Of a stretch of 64,000 nt of DNA, positions 43,724-56,338 are shown in pieces (position 1 is the stretch's first letter; each line of letters opens with the position of its first letter). Both the position numbers and the translations under genes were made by a program. A model generated the notes under the pieces. It did not search any database. It was not told where the DNA came from and saw only the letters and a program-made list of their open reading frames with translations. Origin of the DNA: Carpediemonas membranifera BICM. Its lineage: Eukaryota > Protista > Fornicata. The stretch spans positions 1,315,937 through 1,379,936 of the forward strand of contig JAHDYR010000005.1 of the NCBI GenBank assembly GCA_019828565.1, read 5' to 3'.

Positions 43724-44910
43724 GCTGTCTGGAGGGGGTGTATGGGTGGCAGTATACACCTACGGAACAGAGGGGCTCTGTCAAAAATGTCTGATTTAGA
43801 ACGTCTTACTCTGGCACCATGTAGCCCCCTTCCTGATGCACCTTTGAGCACGTGCTTGGCCTGCGATAATTACTTGGCGTCCCGTAAAGCCCAAAAATTA
43901 ATCAAATCGTCATCAAATGCGAATTAAATGATGCTGATATTGCTCATGAAACGACTCTGCTGATCAGCTGGGACTCTACGCGGCGATATGGCATGGCAAG
44001 TCTCTACACTTTGGAGACAATTCGGTCCCATGGTTCCTACCTTGACCCACGTTGTCTCGCGCGCGAGGTACTCACTGAAAGGATATATCAACACTGGGAG
44101 CAGAAAAAGGCACAGCGAGATGCAGGCGCTGTTGCTGAGCTCATTTTCCGGATAAGACCCGTTTTGTCACCTCAACCCATTCATATTGGCGGCTGTTGCT
44201 TCGTTTTGATCAAATCAAATGGAAACCAAACCGAGATCCGGGAAACGAGGATGATTGGGAGAGATAGACACATCATAAGGTCTTTAATATAGTAATGCAC
44301 CGTCAATGAGAAGTTCTTGGTTCCTGAAATGGATTATTGATTCCAAACGCTTTTCTTTGAGGATAACGCATTTATAGCGGTGATTTCCACACAATTCATC
44401 CAAATACTGATCAAACCATCAGAACTGCAAGTAAAATTGGTATAGATCGTTTATCCACGGAGATAGCAAATGCTCCCAATCCCAGCTTACAAGAAAAAGT
44501 TAAGGGGCTGTATTGGGGCTTGCACTGATATCTCTATATATGCCGACACAGTCACTGGGCTGTCCATCACTGAACAGCTCTAGCCCAATACAAAAACATG
44601 AGGGCTCGAAGTTTTGGCCTTCTCGGAAAAGGGTGGCGGAACGCTGCAACACTACAATGCTAATGGACAGAGGGGAGGAAGTGGTCCACAGGTATGTCCT
44701 ATGGGTCGCTTCTTCCCCTCTGTCCATTTTTACACGATATCGATTTGCCGGATTTGACACATGTTGTGCGATCTTTAACTCCTCGCGTCCAAGCACCTCT
44801 CCCAAACGATCTGCAAGATCGACCAGCCCTGGATCACTTGGGCCTGCCTCCGTGCCCGGCCTGTTGCGATCAATCATGTTGATTAATTGCAACGAACGCG
44901 ATCACCGGAA

Positions 44911-47627
44911 ATGGCGACTTTGGCTTCCGAGACGGAGATTATTAATACAGTGCATGGCATTGTCATGTATTCAGGCGCATGCTCGCTCAAGGTTCTCTTG
45001 GCGGTGCTGGAAGCGAAGATTGTTACCAAATGTACAGTTTCCGGCCGTCCGCGTCTCGATGAGGCGTCTGTTCAAAGATTTTTGGACGTTTCGTTGGCTG
45101 TTTCTCGGAATCCGCGCTTCATTCTTACTCCTGCTCTTGAAACCGCTTTGGAGGCGAGAAATTTTCGTGGCGTCCAAAGATTTCTAAGCACAAAAATGTT
45201 GACCTCACTCTTGCAGCTTTCATCCCCAGTTCCCTCCAGTCAACGACAGTCACAGAGTTCTTGGAGGCATTTGCTGCGATAGCTTCGGTCGACTTAGGCG
45301 CCAACAAGTATGACCGCCTGCGTCGCGTTTATAATCACCTTTCACAGGCGATGAACGTCGCCGATCGAGTTCCACAACTCCCACCGGCGAAGCCCCTCAA
45401 GGATATTGGCCCGAGTCTTCTTGATTACGGCCCACTGAACCGAAATCTCCGCGATCCAGCCTTGGTCACTGATATGGCAGCATACACACCGGCCAGCCTT
45501 ATCTTTGACGGATTTAGCGGCTTGTCTATGGTCAACCCTGATACTGCTGCGTTTTCTGGTCTCCCTGTGACTGTTGCGTCAGACAACAGCATAAAAATCG
45601 CTTGTCAGCAGGAGCAGACGACTTCCATCCTCAGCCTCTTCCGCACTGACGAATATTTGGTCTCTGAGCATGTTTTCCACCACGAGAAGTTCTCAGTAGG
45701 GGGTTCAGGTGTCCTTATTCTGTCGCCATACGAGGGTCAAATTGACGCAGTCTGCCAGCGTCTCTCAGCGAACGACGTCGTGTTCCGCCGGTATCATAAC
45801 AGTCGCCATGAGTATGCATCTAGCCTGACATACAACCTTCGGAAATGGATCATATTCGCTCTCGACAATCCCGCTTCAGTCGAACGTGCCAAAAACAGCT
45901 TCACTGTCGCGAAGACGGCAATGCGAAACTCGGTAGATTCCTCTTCTGCGAGTGTGAAGACGATCCAGCTATTTGTCTGGATTGACGGTTACCGCAAGGC
46001 CTCCACGGCGGTCAAGGTCAGACTCTATGACTCCTCCGGCAAAGTTCTCCCGCAGCTGATCACTCCTCCCTATACGATTTATCAGTACAGTGGAGATGAG
46101 GGTGACCTCCACAAACACTCAGCCGTCATCGAGAATCTCATCCGCCAGGCGACGACAATCTCTTACGATAAGTGTTTCATGATGCCCAACTGTACAGTTA
46201 AGGTGGAACTTACTGCGATACTGGCAGACCACAAGGCCATGCAGATCATCTGCGGGGTGAGCAAGGGCGGATACAGCAGGTCGCCGTTCTCGGCAATTGA
46301 ATTTCCCCTTCTGCCAAGAAACCCGTACGATGCGTTCTGTAGCCGGCTGACTCTGGGACAGACCGTGCAGGGCCGAACCACCTTACTCAATGGTGAACAC
46401 CAGACGACCCTGTTTCATAGTCTGGATAATGGCCAGGTCCAGACACCACTATTCTGCCACTACGATAACGACACGAGACAATTTTACGTCAATTCTCCCA
46501 GTCTGAGTCAAGTCATCGTCTGCCCTCCAGTGATGCACGTCAGCCACGAGCTCATGAGGCAGATGTGGGTTCTACTGGAACGATTCACTCCAGCTGTTCG
46601 CGGCAACCACCTGCAGACCCATATCGATGCTGCCTTCACCCGCACGACGGGATGCAACGAACAGAGTTGGAATAGACACCGTCTTGCCGTTCTGTCCAAC
46701 GATTACCTCTACAGCTTTGATGAAACTCTCCGCCCCTTCATTCTGATCATCAGTCATCTCCAGGCTCTGCTCTACTCCAAGGCGCCCGTGACGGATTATA
46801 CTGTTCGCAAGCTGTTTTTCATGGGGATGGTTACTTTCTACTTCTTCCATGTCTCGACCCTGGTCTTACCGACTGCCCAGCAGCCTCGGAACCGCAACAA
46901 CCATGACGCCCAGGAACCTGAAGCCGGTAGAGATGTTCGGCAGAAGCCCTACCTCCGCTACGACACGGGCGATTTTGCAGGGTCGTTATACATGCACGAC
47001 CTGATTGCAGTTTTGCCAGAAGTGTGCCACAGGCTGCGCATTCCACTCTTCAATCTCCTGGAGGAGTACTTCGAGCGAGACTTTTTGCTCGACGCAATTG
47101 TTCACAGAGAGAAGCATCGTGTGAGAACGCTGCTGTACAACTGTCAGAAGCTGCAGGTCAGGCGGTTGACAGCCTTTATCACTGGCGTTCGGACGTCTCG
47201 AAAGCACACAGACGTTGCGCCACTGCAGACTCACGTCAACCGGATTCGTCTTCACAAATGTCTGTGGGATGCCAGTTCTGCATTCAGCTGGCGAAACCGC
47301 ATGTTTGGGACTTCCAAAGAGGTGAATGACAATTTCAAAGGTTCCGTTCAGGACACTCTAGCAGCTTTACGTGACGGTCTTCAGCAGCATCTCAACAATG
47401 CCGTCCCTGACTCGTTTATAACTGATGGTGACTATCTCACATGCGTTGTAGGAGACCACCATGATGAGAACTCTACTTGTACAGTCTGTATCTGCCAACG
47501 TCCATCTGATCCTGGGGTGCGGCCCGACGCACGGCAGTCACGCCAACAGCAAGCCGACCTTGATCAACGTCGCGCGTTGATTTCAGACGATGAGATCCAA
47601 TTTCAGCAGCGGAGGGCACGGATGTAG
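44911..47627 (+). CDS. RAG1/Transib-like DDE transposase, copy 2 (main ORF 45261-47627; possible 5' exon with intron 45167-45216)
   Basis: WIDG, LADH, PPVMHV, YMHDLIAVLPEVCHRLRIPLFNLLEEYFE. A 50-nt GT..TTGCAG intron would join the ATG at 44911 in frame. Confidence 0.72.
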
Positions 47628-47775
47628 TATTTCTATCCAGTCCAGAGGGTGAGAACGAAGTAAAAGTTTGATTGACACGAAAATGCACGTATCCCGAACC
47701 ACGAAGATGTAGTATGGTGACCTTTTAACGCACAGAGTAGACTGAAACTTCCCACTTGGCGCAGCTGGCCACAAA

Positions 47776-48410
47776 TTGTTCTGATTTCATTTAGTGTGCA
47801 CTTTAGGGGATAGTTTCATTGCAACGCCAAAATGGCGAGTTCAGGTTGTAGCAATGATCTGATGCGCGGAATGTACTAGAAAACATTGCAATTACAACGC
47901 AAAGCAGCGAAAAGCGGAGAAATCAACATCAATAACAACATCAACACCAAAAGAACAGTATCCCAAAGAGTTGTGGGCGTTGCTGCGCCAAAGAGCAATA
48001 AATGACCACAAAGCATTCGCTTATGCACAATTAGCTGCCAGAAAGAACACTACACCGTTACTTTGGATCATTCCAGTTCGCCGGAGATGACGCAGGTCCA
48101 GAACGCTGCCTTGGAGGGCTGGTGAAGCGGTAGTGTAGCGCTTACTCGCCAAGCGGGCGATGGTCTCGACGGGACGGTTGACGGTCTCAAGGTGGCCCTG
48201 CTCTTCGACGTACCAGGCGGACATGCCGATGACGGAGCGGCGCTGACCCTGGCGGACGTTATCCTCGCCCTGGGTGAAGCTGTTCTTGCCGCAGTACACG
48301 TCGATACCGATGGTGAGGCAGGGCTGTTGCATGGAGGCCGAGAAACCATAAACTGCACGGATCCACAAACGTGGATTGGCCTGAACGACAGCGCTGATGC
48401 CCAGACAGGC
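47776..48410 (-). repeat. Cargo module C (copies at 53030-53666 +, 58308-58940 +, partial 36494-36864 -)
   Basis: Near-identical sequence; contains the Piwi-like fragment. Confidence 0.9.
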
Positions 48411-48413
48411 ATA

Positions 48414-48948
48414 CCGTCGGTTGTCCATAGCACGTAGCAGTCAACTACCTGCCAATTGTATCAGTCTCCAGCCATAAGTTCAAAGCATGGCCACCTATAC
48501 GGCAGCCAGAGCCGATCCACATTTGTGGATTCAGCTAAACCGGGCATGCCACAACACTGCATCTAGTCCCAATACACGCGTGTATATACGCTAGAGAGGG
48601 CCGCATTTGGCCTTAGGAAACGGCTATGGGGTACAGCTTTTTAATCCTTAAAGTGCGTTGCATCGATGCAACAAGCAACTACCTCAAACGTGCGAGCTAC
48701 CATCGATTTCTTGGCACCAACACGACACATTGAAGTCAGATAACTACGCGGTCAGCTATGAGCACACTAAACAACATCACTGTGCCAAAATACATCTTTG
48801 GACATCAGGCATGCCACAGAACATGTAAGCAACATCAAACCCGCCTAATTCCAGCTCATTTAGTCAATAAACACATCAACACATTCCAATATCTCCTCAT
48901 GATGCGCCAGATGGCAAGTGACTCTGGCCTGCTCCTCCGGTGAATGAC
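48414..48948 (+). repeat. ~535-bp direct repeat, second copy 50604-51141
   Basis: Near-identical; partial inverted copy at ~36895-37055. Confidence 0.93.
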
Positions 48949-49236
48949 AATGCAGAAGTCTACACATGAAGGTTGGCCTACGAGTCGGAAAGAAAGACTT
49001 GGCAACCTATATCCATGCTTCCTTCGACTTCGAGGCTTCCCTCTTCGATCGATGGTGTGCCTATGTTTTGGCGACATTCTCGAATGAGTTTAGCATATGG
49101 TTCAAGGCTCTGAGTGAAGATCGCATTAGTGACTCCGAGTTCCACAAATACATCCTCTTTCGCATGAACAACAATTCGGAGAATGAGAGTGTTCCTCCGC
49201 ACTGCACTCTTATCTTTAAATTTGACTGATTCTTCT

Positions 49237-50523
49237 TTACTCCAACTGTGCTCGCTTCCCATCATCATCGCCTGACTCCGTCACGTTGCCTTTCCGCTTG
49301 CCAGACCCACTTCTCTCTTCACATTCCGTCTCGGGCGATGGCTTGACATACGTCAGGGAGTTCGTCTCCACAGAAAGCGCAAACATTTGCTCCATCATCG
49401 ATAGCCTGTCTGTGTCAGTTACTCCATCCTTCAGTTCCTGCATGAGTGCTGCACGCGTTCCTCCCTCGCTGTTATATGCCATGAAGAAGCTCTCCAAGAC
49501 CATGTTTGCCAACTCTCTCGCATCACCCGTGTCCCTGGGAATCAAACCAGCCTCCAGGAACTTGCCGAAGTCGGCGTATGTCAGCAACATCATGCCGATG
49601 ATGATGTGGCTTCGTTCTATGCTCTTCACACCCATATTCGTGGCATGTTTCTGTACATCATTATAGAAGCTTGACTTGTTAGTCCTGCGAGTGCGGGTTG
49701 TGCAGTAACTCTGGTTACGGCTGATGAACTCGCTGCGTTGTTTTTCGGCCATCTTAGTCAGTTCAGCTGTTGGAGCAATTATCGGGTCCACAGTAAACTT
49801 ATCCTTCGCTATATAGTCATACAGAGTTAGGTTATACGCAACGTAAATACGCATCACCGTGAGGTTCTCTTCAGAGAGGCTGTCGGCAATATGGTTGAGT
49901 GACGCCAGGGAAGTTTGCATGTCCCCCAGCCGATTCACACGCTCGACTGACCTCTCTAGTGAAGGCAATCTAGCTTTGATCGTCTTGAGATACTTCTGGA
50001 GGAACGCACTTCTCTCCACCGGCAAGGCAGCATCATCGGGATGGACAATCTCTGACGGAAAAGTTAGCTTCTGGGTCTTCCTTGCCGAAAGTAGCCGACG
50101 CTTGTGGGCCTTCTTTGTCTTATGCGAGCTTGATGCGCTGGTTACGGGTGGCTCATCCTCTTCTCCGTCGTGCACTTCGACAATCTTCATTGTTTCCTCG
50201 CGATCGCCCGAATACAATGCATCCATCTTCTCTAGCGCTTCTGGATCCTCGTTGAGCACTTCCCGCTCCAACAAAAGGAAGGACCGCAAGAACTCGGTGT
50301 GAATAGTCTTGGAGTATGCCCTTCCGTGGCGCTCGCCTCTTATGGATTGCGAGGATCCCCGAAGAACATCGACTGCGGCGAGCATTGTCATGAGATACCG
50401 CAAATGCTCAGAGGATGAGTGCTTTCCTGTGAAGACATCCATTTCGTCCATAAACTGCGGCAAAACAAGGTGAAGCATGCTTACGACCGCGTTGATGTCC
50501 ATACAGGTGTCAGACTGACCCAC
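49237..50523 (-). CDS. Hypothetical protein (428 aa)
   Basis: Long ORF with protein-like composition; no recognised motif. Confidence 0.6.
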   Translation of the reverse strand: MGQSDTCMDINAVVSMLHLVLPQFMDEMDVFTGKHSSSEHLRYLMTMLAAVDVLRGSSQSIRGERHGRAYSKTIHTEFLRSFLLLEREVLNEDPEALEKMDALYSGDREETMKIVEVHDGEEDEPPVTSASSSHKTKKAHKRRLLSARKTQKLTFPSEIVHPDDAALPVERSAFLQKYLKTIKARLPSLERSVERVNRLGDMQTSLASLNHIADSLSEENLTVMRIYVAYNLTLYDYIAKDKFTVDPIIAPTAELTKMAEKQRSEFISRNQSYCTTRTRRTNKSSFYNDVQKHATNMGVKSIERSHIIIGMMLLTYADFGKFLEAGLIPRDTGDARELANMVLESFFMAYNSEGGTRAALMQELKDGVTDTDRLSMMEQMFALSVETNSLTYVKPSPETECEERSGSGKRKGNVTESGDDDGKRAQLE

Positions 50524-51256
50524 GATTATTGTCTAAGCTCATGCACAGCCCCAAGCCCCAGGGAGCGCCTGTCTGTTGCGAAGCGAGCCCTGCCAGTGAA
50601 TGGCCGTCGGTTGTCCATATGAGCACGTACCAGTCAACTACCTGCCAATTGTATCAGTCTCCAGCCATAAGTCCAAAGCATGGCCACCTATACGGCAGCC
50701 AGAGCCGATCCACATTTGTGGATTCAGCTAAACCGGGCATGCCACAACACTGCATCTAGTCCCAATACACGCGTGTATATACGCTAGAGAGGGCCGCATT
50801 TGGCCTTAGGAAACGGCTATGGGGTACAGCTTTTTAATCCTTAAAGTGCGTTGCATCGATGCAACAAGCAACTACCTCAAACGTGCGAGCTACCATCGAT
50901 TTCTTGGCACCAACACGACACATTGAAGTCAGATAACTACGCGGTCAGCTATGAGCACACTAAACAACATCACTGTGCCAAAATACATCTTTGGACATCA
51001 GGCATGCCACAGAACATGTAAGCAACATCAAACCCGCCTAATTCCAGCTCATTTAGTCAATAAACACATCAACACATTCCAATATCTCCTCATGATGCGC
51101 CAGATGGCAAGTGACTCTGGCCTGCTCCTCCGGTGAATGACGATCGACAACGACAATCTTAGCCCGCAAGTGACCTAATTGATGTGGTATCCCGCTGTAC
51201 GTCCAAATGTCTGCTGCAGGTCATGAACCGCTGGCTACACGGGCATATCCAAATCT

Positions 51257-51967
51257 TTATTCAATCTCAACGACCTCGCACTTCTTCTGGTACAGCGTGG
51301 CGTGAGCCGGATCGCCTTCGATGACAATAGCGAAATTATCTGTCAATCCCCACAAGTCTGCATCAGGTGCAAGCATGGTGGTGCCATCAAACAGGTATAA
51401 GATGGCGGAGATGCCTTGCATGCCGTTGTATCCGTCGTATGACTGGACAACAAGGATGTTCCGCTTCTGCTTCCTCGCCCAGACTCGGATGGCGTTCGAG
51501 TTATAGTAGCCGGAGTCCGGATCTGTCAGGCTACGCTCCGTGACATTCTTCTTAGACCAGTACTTGGCCTTCACTGACTGGCAGAGGCCACGCTGCCACT
51601 TTTCGAAGTCGCCATCAACTCGGCCACCCAACTCAATGGCTTGGAGACAATATGCAACGCAGTTGCCGTCACTCTTGACATGAATCGCGGTACAGCCAGC
51701 CGTGAGAGCCTCCGCGTTGATGCACGTCTGCACCGCGGCCTCAGAGGTGATGCGAGTCTGAGTCTCCGGCTCAGTCTGGATGCAGGCGTCGCATGTGTTC
51801 ACCGTCTCCTCTTCTGCCTCACCCCTCTTCTCCTTCGCCTCCTCCTGCTCCTCCTCTGTCTCCTCCTCCTCTGACTCCTCCTCCGAGTCCTCAGGCCTGG
51901 CCTTCTCGGGCGTTATGATGAGGGCCTTGCGCTTCACAGACATGGAGGCCTGCGCCTCGTCCGTCAT
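51257..51967 (-). pseudogene. 3' half (OTU domain) of the gene A copy that starts at 62383
   Basis: Near-identical to 57365-58057; joins 61489 in frame (RRDTMTDE). Confidence 0.85.
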
Positions 51968-52283
51968 GCAGACAATTCTGGTACCTTTTCTGGAACAAAT
52001 GGTTCCAGAATTGGTTCCAGAATGCCAGAAAAAATGGCATTTGCAAGAAAAACTAAACGCGTTCAAACAATTTAGCGACGCCTTGCCACGGGGTGTAAAG
52101 CAATATGCAACTAATACTGGGCCCAAGGAACGTTGATACGTACTGCTCAAGTCTTGAAAGTGAACCTTCAATATCAAACTAGTGCTAAAGCAACGGTATT
52201 GTGCGTCATTTCCTCCAAAACGCCCCCTTTACGTGATATTGTACGCTCAATATTTGATGAGTTCAAAATGGTGTGACAGTACG

Positions 52284-53015
52284 ATGGCTGATAATACACG
52301 TGACAGAGACCTTTTGCGGAAGATTGTTGCAGCGATTATGGCAGCTTGCTTCTATTTTACTCCAGAAAGCATCGAATGTATGGAACTTGCTGCATCTGAG
52401 GTCATTTGGGCTATTCTTCCAGGCCAGAAGACACAGGCAAGACGTTCATCGCGCTACTTAAGTCGCCAGTGTCGCTCGTTCGCGACAAGTGAACATCATG
52501 CGCTGACGACGAAGGTCAACAGTCTTGAGAAGGATATTGAGAGGCTGCGTAGCGGCGGCCGTAAGACCATGCGCAGGCTGCCAGGCGTCAGGTCTCAGCC
52601 GGAGCCCACCACTTTGGAGCAGGCAACGATGACGACTTCGGACGTCGGAGACCTGGATGAGCCGAGGCCCAGGCCCGAAGACACGGGCAAGACGCGCGGT
52701 ACGCTCATGTCCCGCACACTGACTGCTAGCCAGGTGGACCAGCTAGCTATGGCCAGAACGCATGACCCCCCGCTTGTCCTGTCAGGACGTTGCATCGTGT
52801 GCGGGGGCTCATGCGAGACCTCAGAGTGGGCTTGCCGTCGTACCTCAACGACGACACCCAAAGATCCTTGCCGAACCTTGATTCGGAAGGTTTCGAAACA
52901 GAAGGTTTCGACTCGGAAGGATAAGGACAGCGGCATGTCTGTCTACCTCACAGATGAGGCATTTGAGTGGGTCAAGCGTCGCGATCCGACAGGCAAGAGA
53001 GCGAGACAGGAATAA
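52284..53015 (+). CDS. Hypothetical protein with coiled coil and CIVCG..C..C motif
   Basis: Within ORF 52182-53015 (likely start MADNTRD); the Cys motif resembles the kinase tail. Confidence 0.5.
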   Translation: MADNTRDRDLLRKIVAAIMAACFYFTPESIECMELAASEVIWAILPGQKTQARRSSRYLSRQCRSFATSEHHALTTKVNSLEKDIERLRSGGRKTMRRLPGVRSQPEPTTLEQATMTTSDVGDLDEPRPRPEDTGKTRGTLMSRTLTASQVDQLAMARTHDPPLVLSGRCIVCGGSCETSEWACRRTSTTTPKDPCRTLIRKVSKQKVSTRKDKDSGMSVYLTDEAFEWVKRRDPTGKRARQE

Positions 53016-53954
53016 ATGAATGTATATCTGACTGTCTGGGCATCAGCGCTGTCGTTCAGGCCAATCCACGTTTGTGGATCCGTGCAGTTTATGGTTTCTC
53101 GGCCTCCATGCAACAGCCCTGCCTCACCATCGGTATCGACGTGTACTGCGGCAAGAACAGCTTCACCCAGGGCGAGGATAACGTCCGCCAGGGTCAGCGC
53201 CGCTCCGTCATCGGCATGTCCGCCTGGTACGTCGAAGAGCAGGGCCACCTTGAGACCGTCAACCGTCCCGTCGAGACCATCGCCCGCTTGGCGAGTAAGC
53301 GCTACACTACCGCTTCACCAGCCCTCCAAGGCAGCGTTCTGGACCTGCGTCATCTCCGGCGAACTGGAATGATCCAAAGTAACGGTGTAGTGTTCTTTCT
53401 GGCAGCTAATTGTGCATAAGCGAATGCTTTGTGGTCATTTATTGCTCTTTGGCGCAGCAACGCCCACAACTCTTTGGGATACTGTTCTTTTGGTGTTGAT
53501 GTTGTTATTGATGTTGATTTCTCCGCTTTTCGCTGCTTTGCGTTGTAATTGCAATGTTTTCTAGTACATTCCGCGCATCAGATCATTGCTACAACCTGAA
53601 CTCGCCATTTTGGCGTTGCAATGAAACTATCCCCTAAAGTGCACACTAAATGAAATCAGAACAATTTGGGGTCAGCTGCGCCAAGTCGATGGCTTAGTCA
53701 GTGTTTGAGTCATTCCCACGACATATTTACTTCGTTCATTTACTTCTGATGCTTTTCCTGCTCTCTCTTCTCCATCACGTCGTCATACTCGGCCCTCGTC
53801 AGCCTCACAGTTGTCATTCCGGCATCACGGATGTGCTGAAAGGCCTCATCGGGCAGCTTCGGCATCCCGTCCTCGCTGTCGCTGCTGCTGCCCAAGTCTG
53901 ACTCGCTCTCGTGATAGCGGCGAAGGCGAATGCGTCTGCTGGGCACCCTGGTCT

Positions 53955-55157
53955 TCATAGAGTCATAGAGCGGAGCGAGCCCACTTCCATTGGCCCCGCT
54001 ACGGACACCCTCATCGGTATCTCTCTCAGACATATCACACTCAACCTGTTGTGACTGAACAAATGACAGGTTGTCGACGAGGCTATCCTCGGCATCGCTG
54101 TCTGAACTCTCCTCATCCTCCCACTCTCCTTCCAGCATCTCCAACCCGGCTGTCTCGTCAAACTCGCCCTCCACTGCGGTCTCCGGCATCTCTGCCTCGC
54201 CAGCTGTCTCGTCAAACAGCGCCTCATCGTCAGACTCACCCTCCCCGTGTCGCCCCCCTCGGGCTTACGCTGGTCGTGGAGCTGGACCATCCTCATCCTG
54301 AGCTTGTTGTAAAGCCAGTTATCGAGCGTCGGCGGCACCAGGTCGGCAGAGCTTCGGATCTCCGGGTTGAGATCGAGGATCGTTGGGCGCCGCGTGGTCG
54401 TTAAGTGACTGGACGCCAACTGGTGCCTGAACTGCTCATCGGTCAGGCTGATGCGCTTGTCCTTAATGACCTTCTGAGGCTTCTCCTGCGGTCTGCCGCG
54501 GCGCTCTAGCGTGCCGATAGACTGCATCCTATCGGTGGACACGTCGATCCGCTGCGACAAGCGAAGCATGCGAACCGTCAACCCCTGAACCTTGAGCGCC
54601 TCCGATACAGCACTGGCCTGCGGGAATCCCGATTTGAGCGTGCCAAAGCCCATCCAGCTCGGGCACGAGGTAAGGTCTATCGCATCGGGGAGATTACCTT
54701 GGAGATACGAATACTTCCAGCCCGTCTGGTTGAGCAGAATGGCAATGGCGCCATACGGGCTGGGGAGACTCTCAACTGATGCAGGCGACACCTCTTCCTC
54801 CTCTTTCCAGGACAACGGCTTCGCGGGGTGTGGCAAGTCGAAGTTCCGGAAAGACTGAACAGCCGAAACGATCTTCTTCTGCGTCCCCAGAGGCTTCTCA
54901 GCGAGGTACCGGCGCAAATGGGTTACCAGCTCGTCACTACGGACAATCTCGATGCCCTTCTGGATATCTGTGGCGGTTTTCTGACAAATTCTGGCCAAAA
55001 CGTCTTTCAGAAGCTTGTTGTAGTTCGTACGCGATTTGGTTGGAACATTCCTCAACCAACGCTTCATGATATCTTCGTCTATTGCCGCTACAGCCTCCAT
55101 GGGATGAGTTTTTGCTGCTTCAATTTGGATTGCTATTTCAGAATTTCGACCATACAA
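53955..55157 (-). CDS. Cargo gene B, degenerate YR-fold protein
   Basis: 400-aa ORF; SRTNYNKLL..LRRYL..TQKKIVSAVQSF; TGWKYS; LTVRMLR. An acidic tail may continue to 53740. Confidence 0.55.
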   Translation of the reverse strand: MYGRNSEIAIQIEAAKTHPMEAVAAIDEDIMKRWLRNVPTKSRTNYNKLLKDVLARICQKTATDIQKGIEIVRSDELVTHLRRYLAEKPLGTQKKIVSAVQSFRNFDLPHPAKPLSWKEEEEVSPASVESLPSPYGAIAILLNQTGWKYSYLQGNLPDAIDLTSCPSWMGFGTLKSGFPQASAVSEALKVQGLTVRMLRLSQRIDVSTDRMQSIGTLERRGRPQEKPQKVIKDKRISLTDEQFRHQLASSHLTTTRRPTILDLNPEIRSSADLVPPTLDNWLYNKLRMRMVQLHDQRKPEGGDTGRVSLTMRRCLTRQLARQRCRRPQWRASLTRQPGWRCWKESGRMRRVQTAMPRIASSTTCHLFSHNRLSVICLREIPMRVSVAGPMEVGSLRSMTL

Positions 55158-56338
55158 AATTCTAAAGTATTGGGAATTGACCCAAACTGAGCTCAGATAC
55201 GTGATCTGGGGCCTGAGTGGGTGAATGGGGACCTTTCATTTTTAAAAGTGTTGTTACACTCCCAGATTTAATGATAATCTCCGGTACTGGAAGTAATTCT
55301 GAAATGGCGATCCAAATGCAATTATTATTCTGAAAACCGAATCCATGGTGCTGCCATTCTCTATTCGCTCTAATAGGTACCCAGGCCAGGTTTTGTACAC
55401 CCTACCCGCTTGCCTCGGAATTCGGACATGCCGAAATTCTGAAATTCGAATACCACCGCCCATTTTTGACGTATGAGATCAGTATCCCATGCCAAACCTC
55501 AGGACGGCATTCGTGTACCTTGTCCTGCCATATATCCATTAGATAACCACCCACTTTCCTTTCACAATGTGCACTTTATGCTCGCAACGAGACTGAAATG
55601 AGGATCTGAAGAATAGAAAGAATACTGGCGGATTTGAAGATGCAGACACATGAATATCACTAAGAAACATCAGTTGGCGGGCGCAGAGCATCAGTCAAGC
55701 ACCAATTATCTCTAAACAACATCAAGTACCATAAGTCCATCAGGACCATACGATATGAACAATAAATGAACCACAGAGCAGTATAGATGATTTGAGAGTA
55801 CCAGGCATGGCCAGAATACCGCAATACTCGTCCGTTGATCCACGTGACCTCCATCTTGGTCGGTATCCAGAGAACGCCCGTCAGACGCTTGCAACGGAAC
55901 ATTTAGGGGTGCATCCTGAATGGGGCCAGATTTGAGGGACCCTTGGTCTGACATGCCATGACCGAGCACTCTAGGGGCCTCCACAGTGCGTCCCGAGGTA
56001 CGTTAGAGCACCACAGACCTTCCCCCAAAAGCTGACTCCTGGACCCCTTGGCCGGAGCTCGCCGAAACGTGAAAATCGGCGATGATTTCTCCGTATAACG
56101 TCATAGGGGGTTATATGGGGCTCTTTTCAGCCGCAGATAACGTCTCTTGGCCATATTAAATTTGCGAAAGGCCCTGGCTCGCTGGCCGGACGATTTAATC
56201 AGCATCGGCGAGAATGGACGTGTGGGTAGGGCTAGGGGTGTGATGACGGCTGGTGGTAGTCACGGTGTGAGTGCTTTCAAGCCGCAGGCGATATACATAA
56301 ACTTTTAGTAACCATTTAACGTCTCTTGGCGATATACG

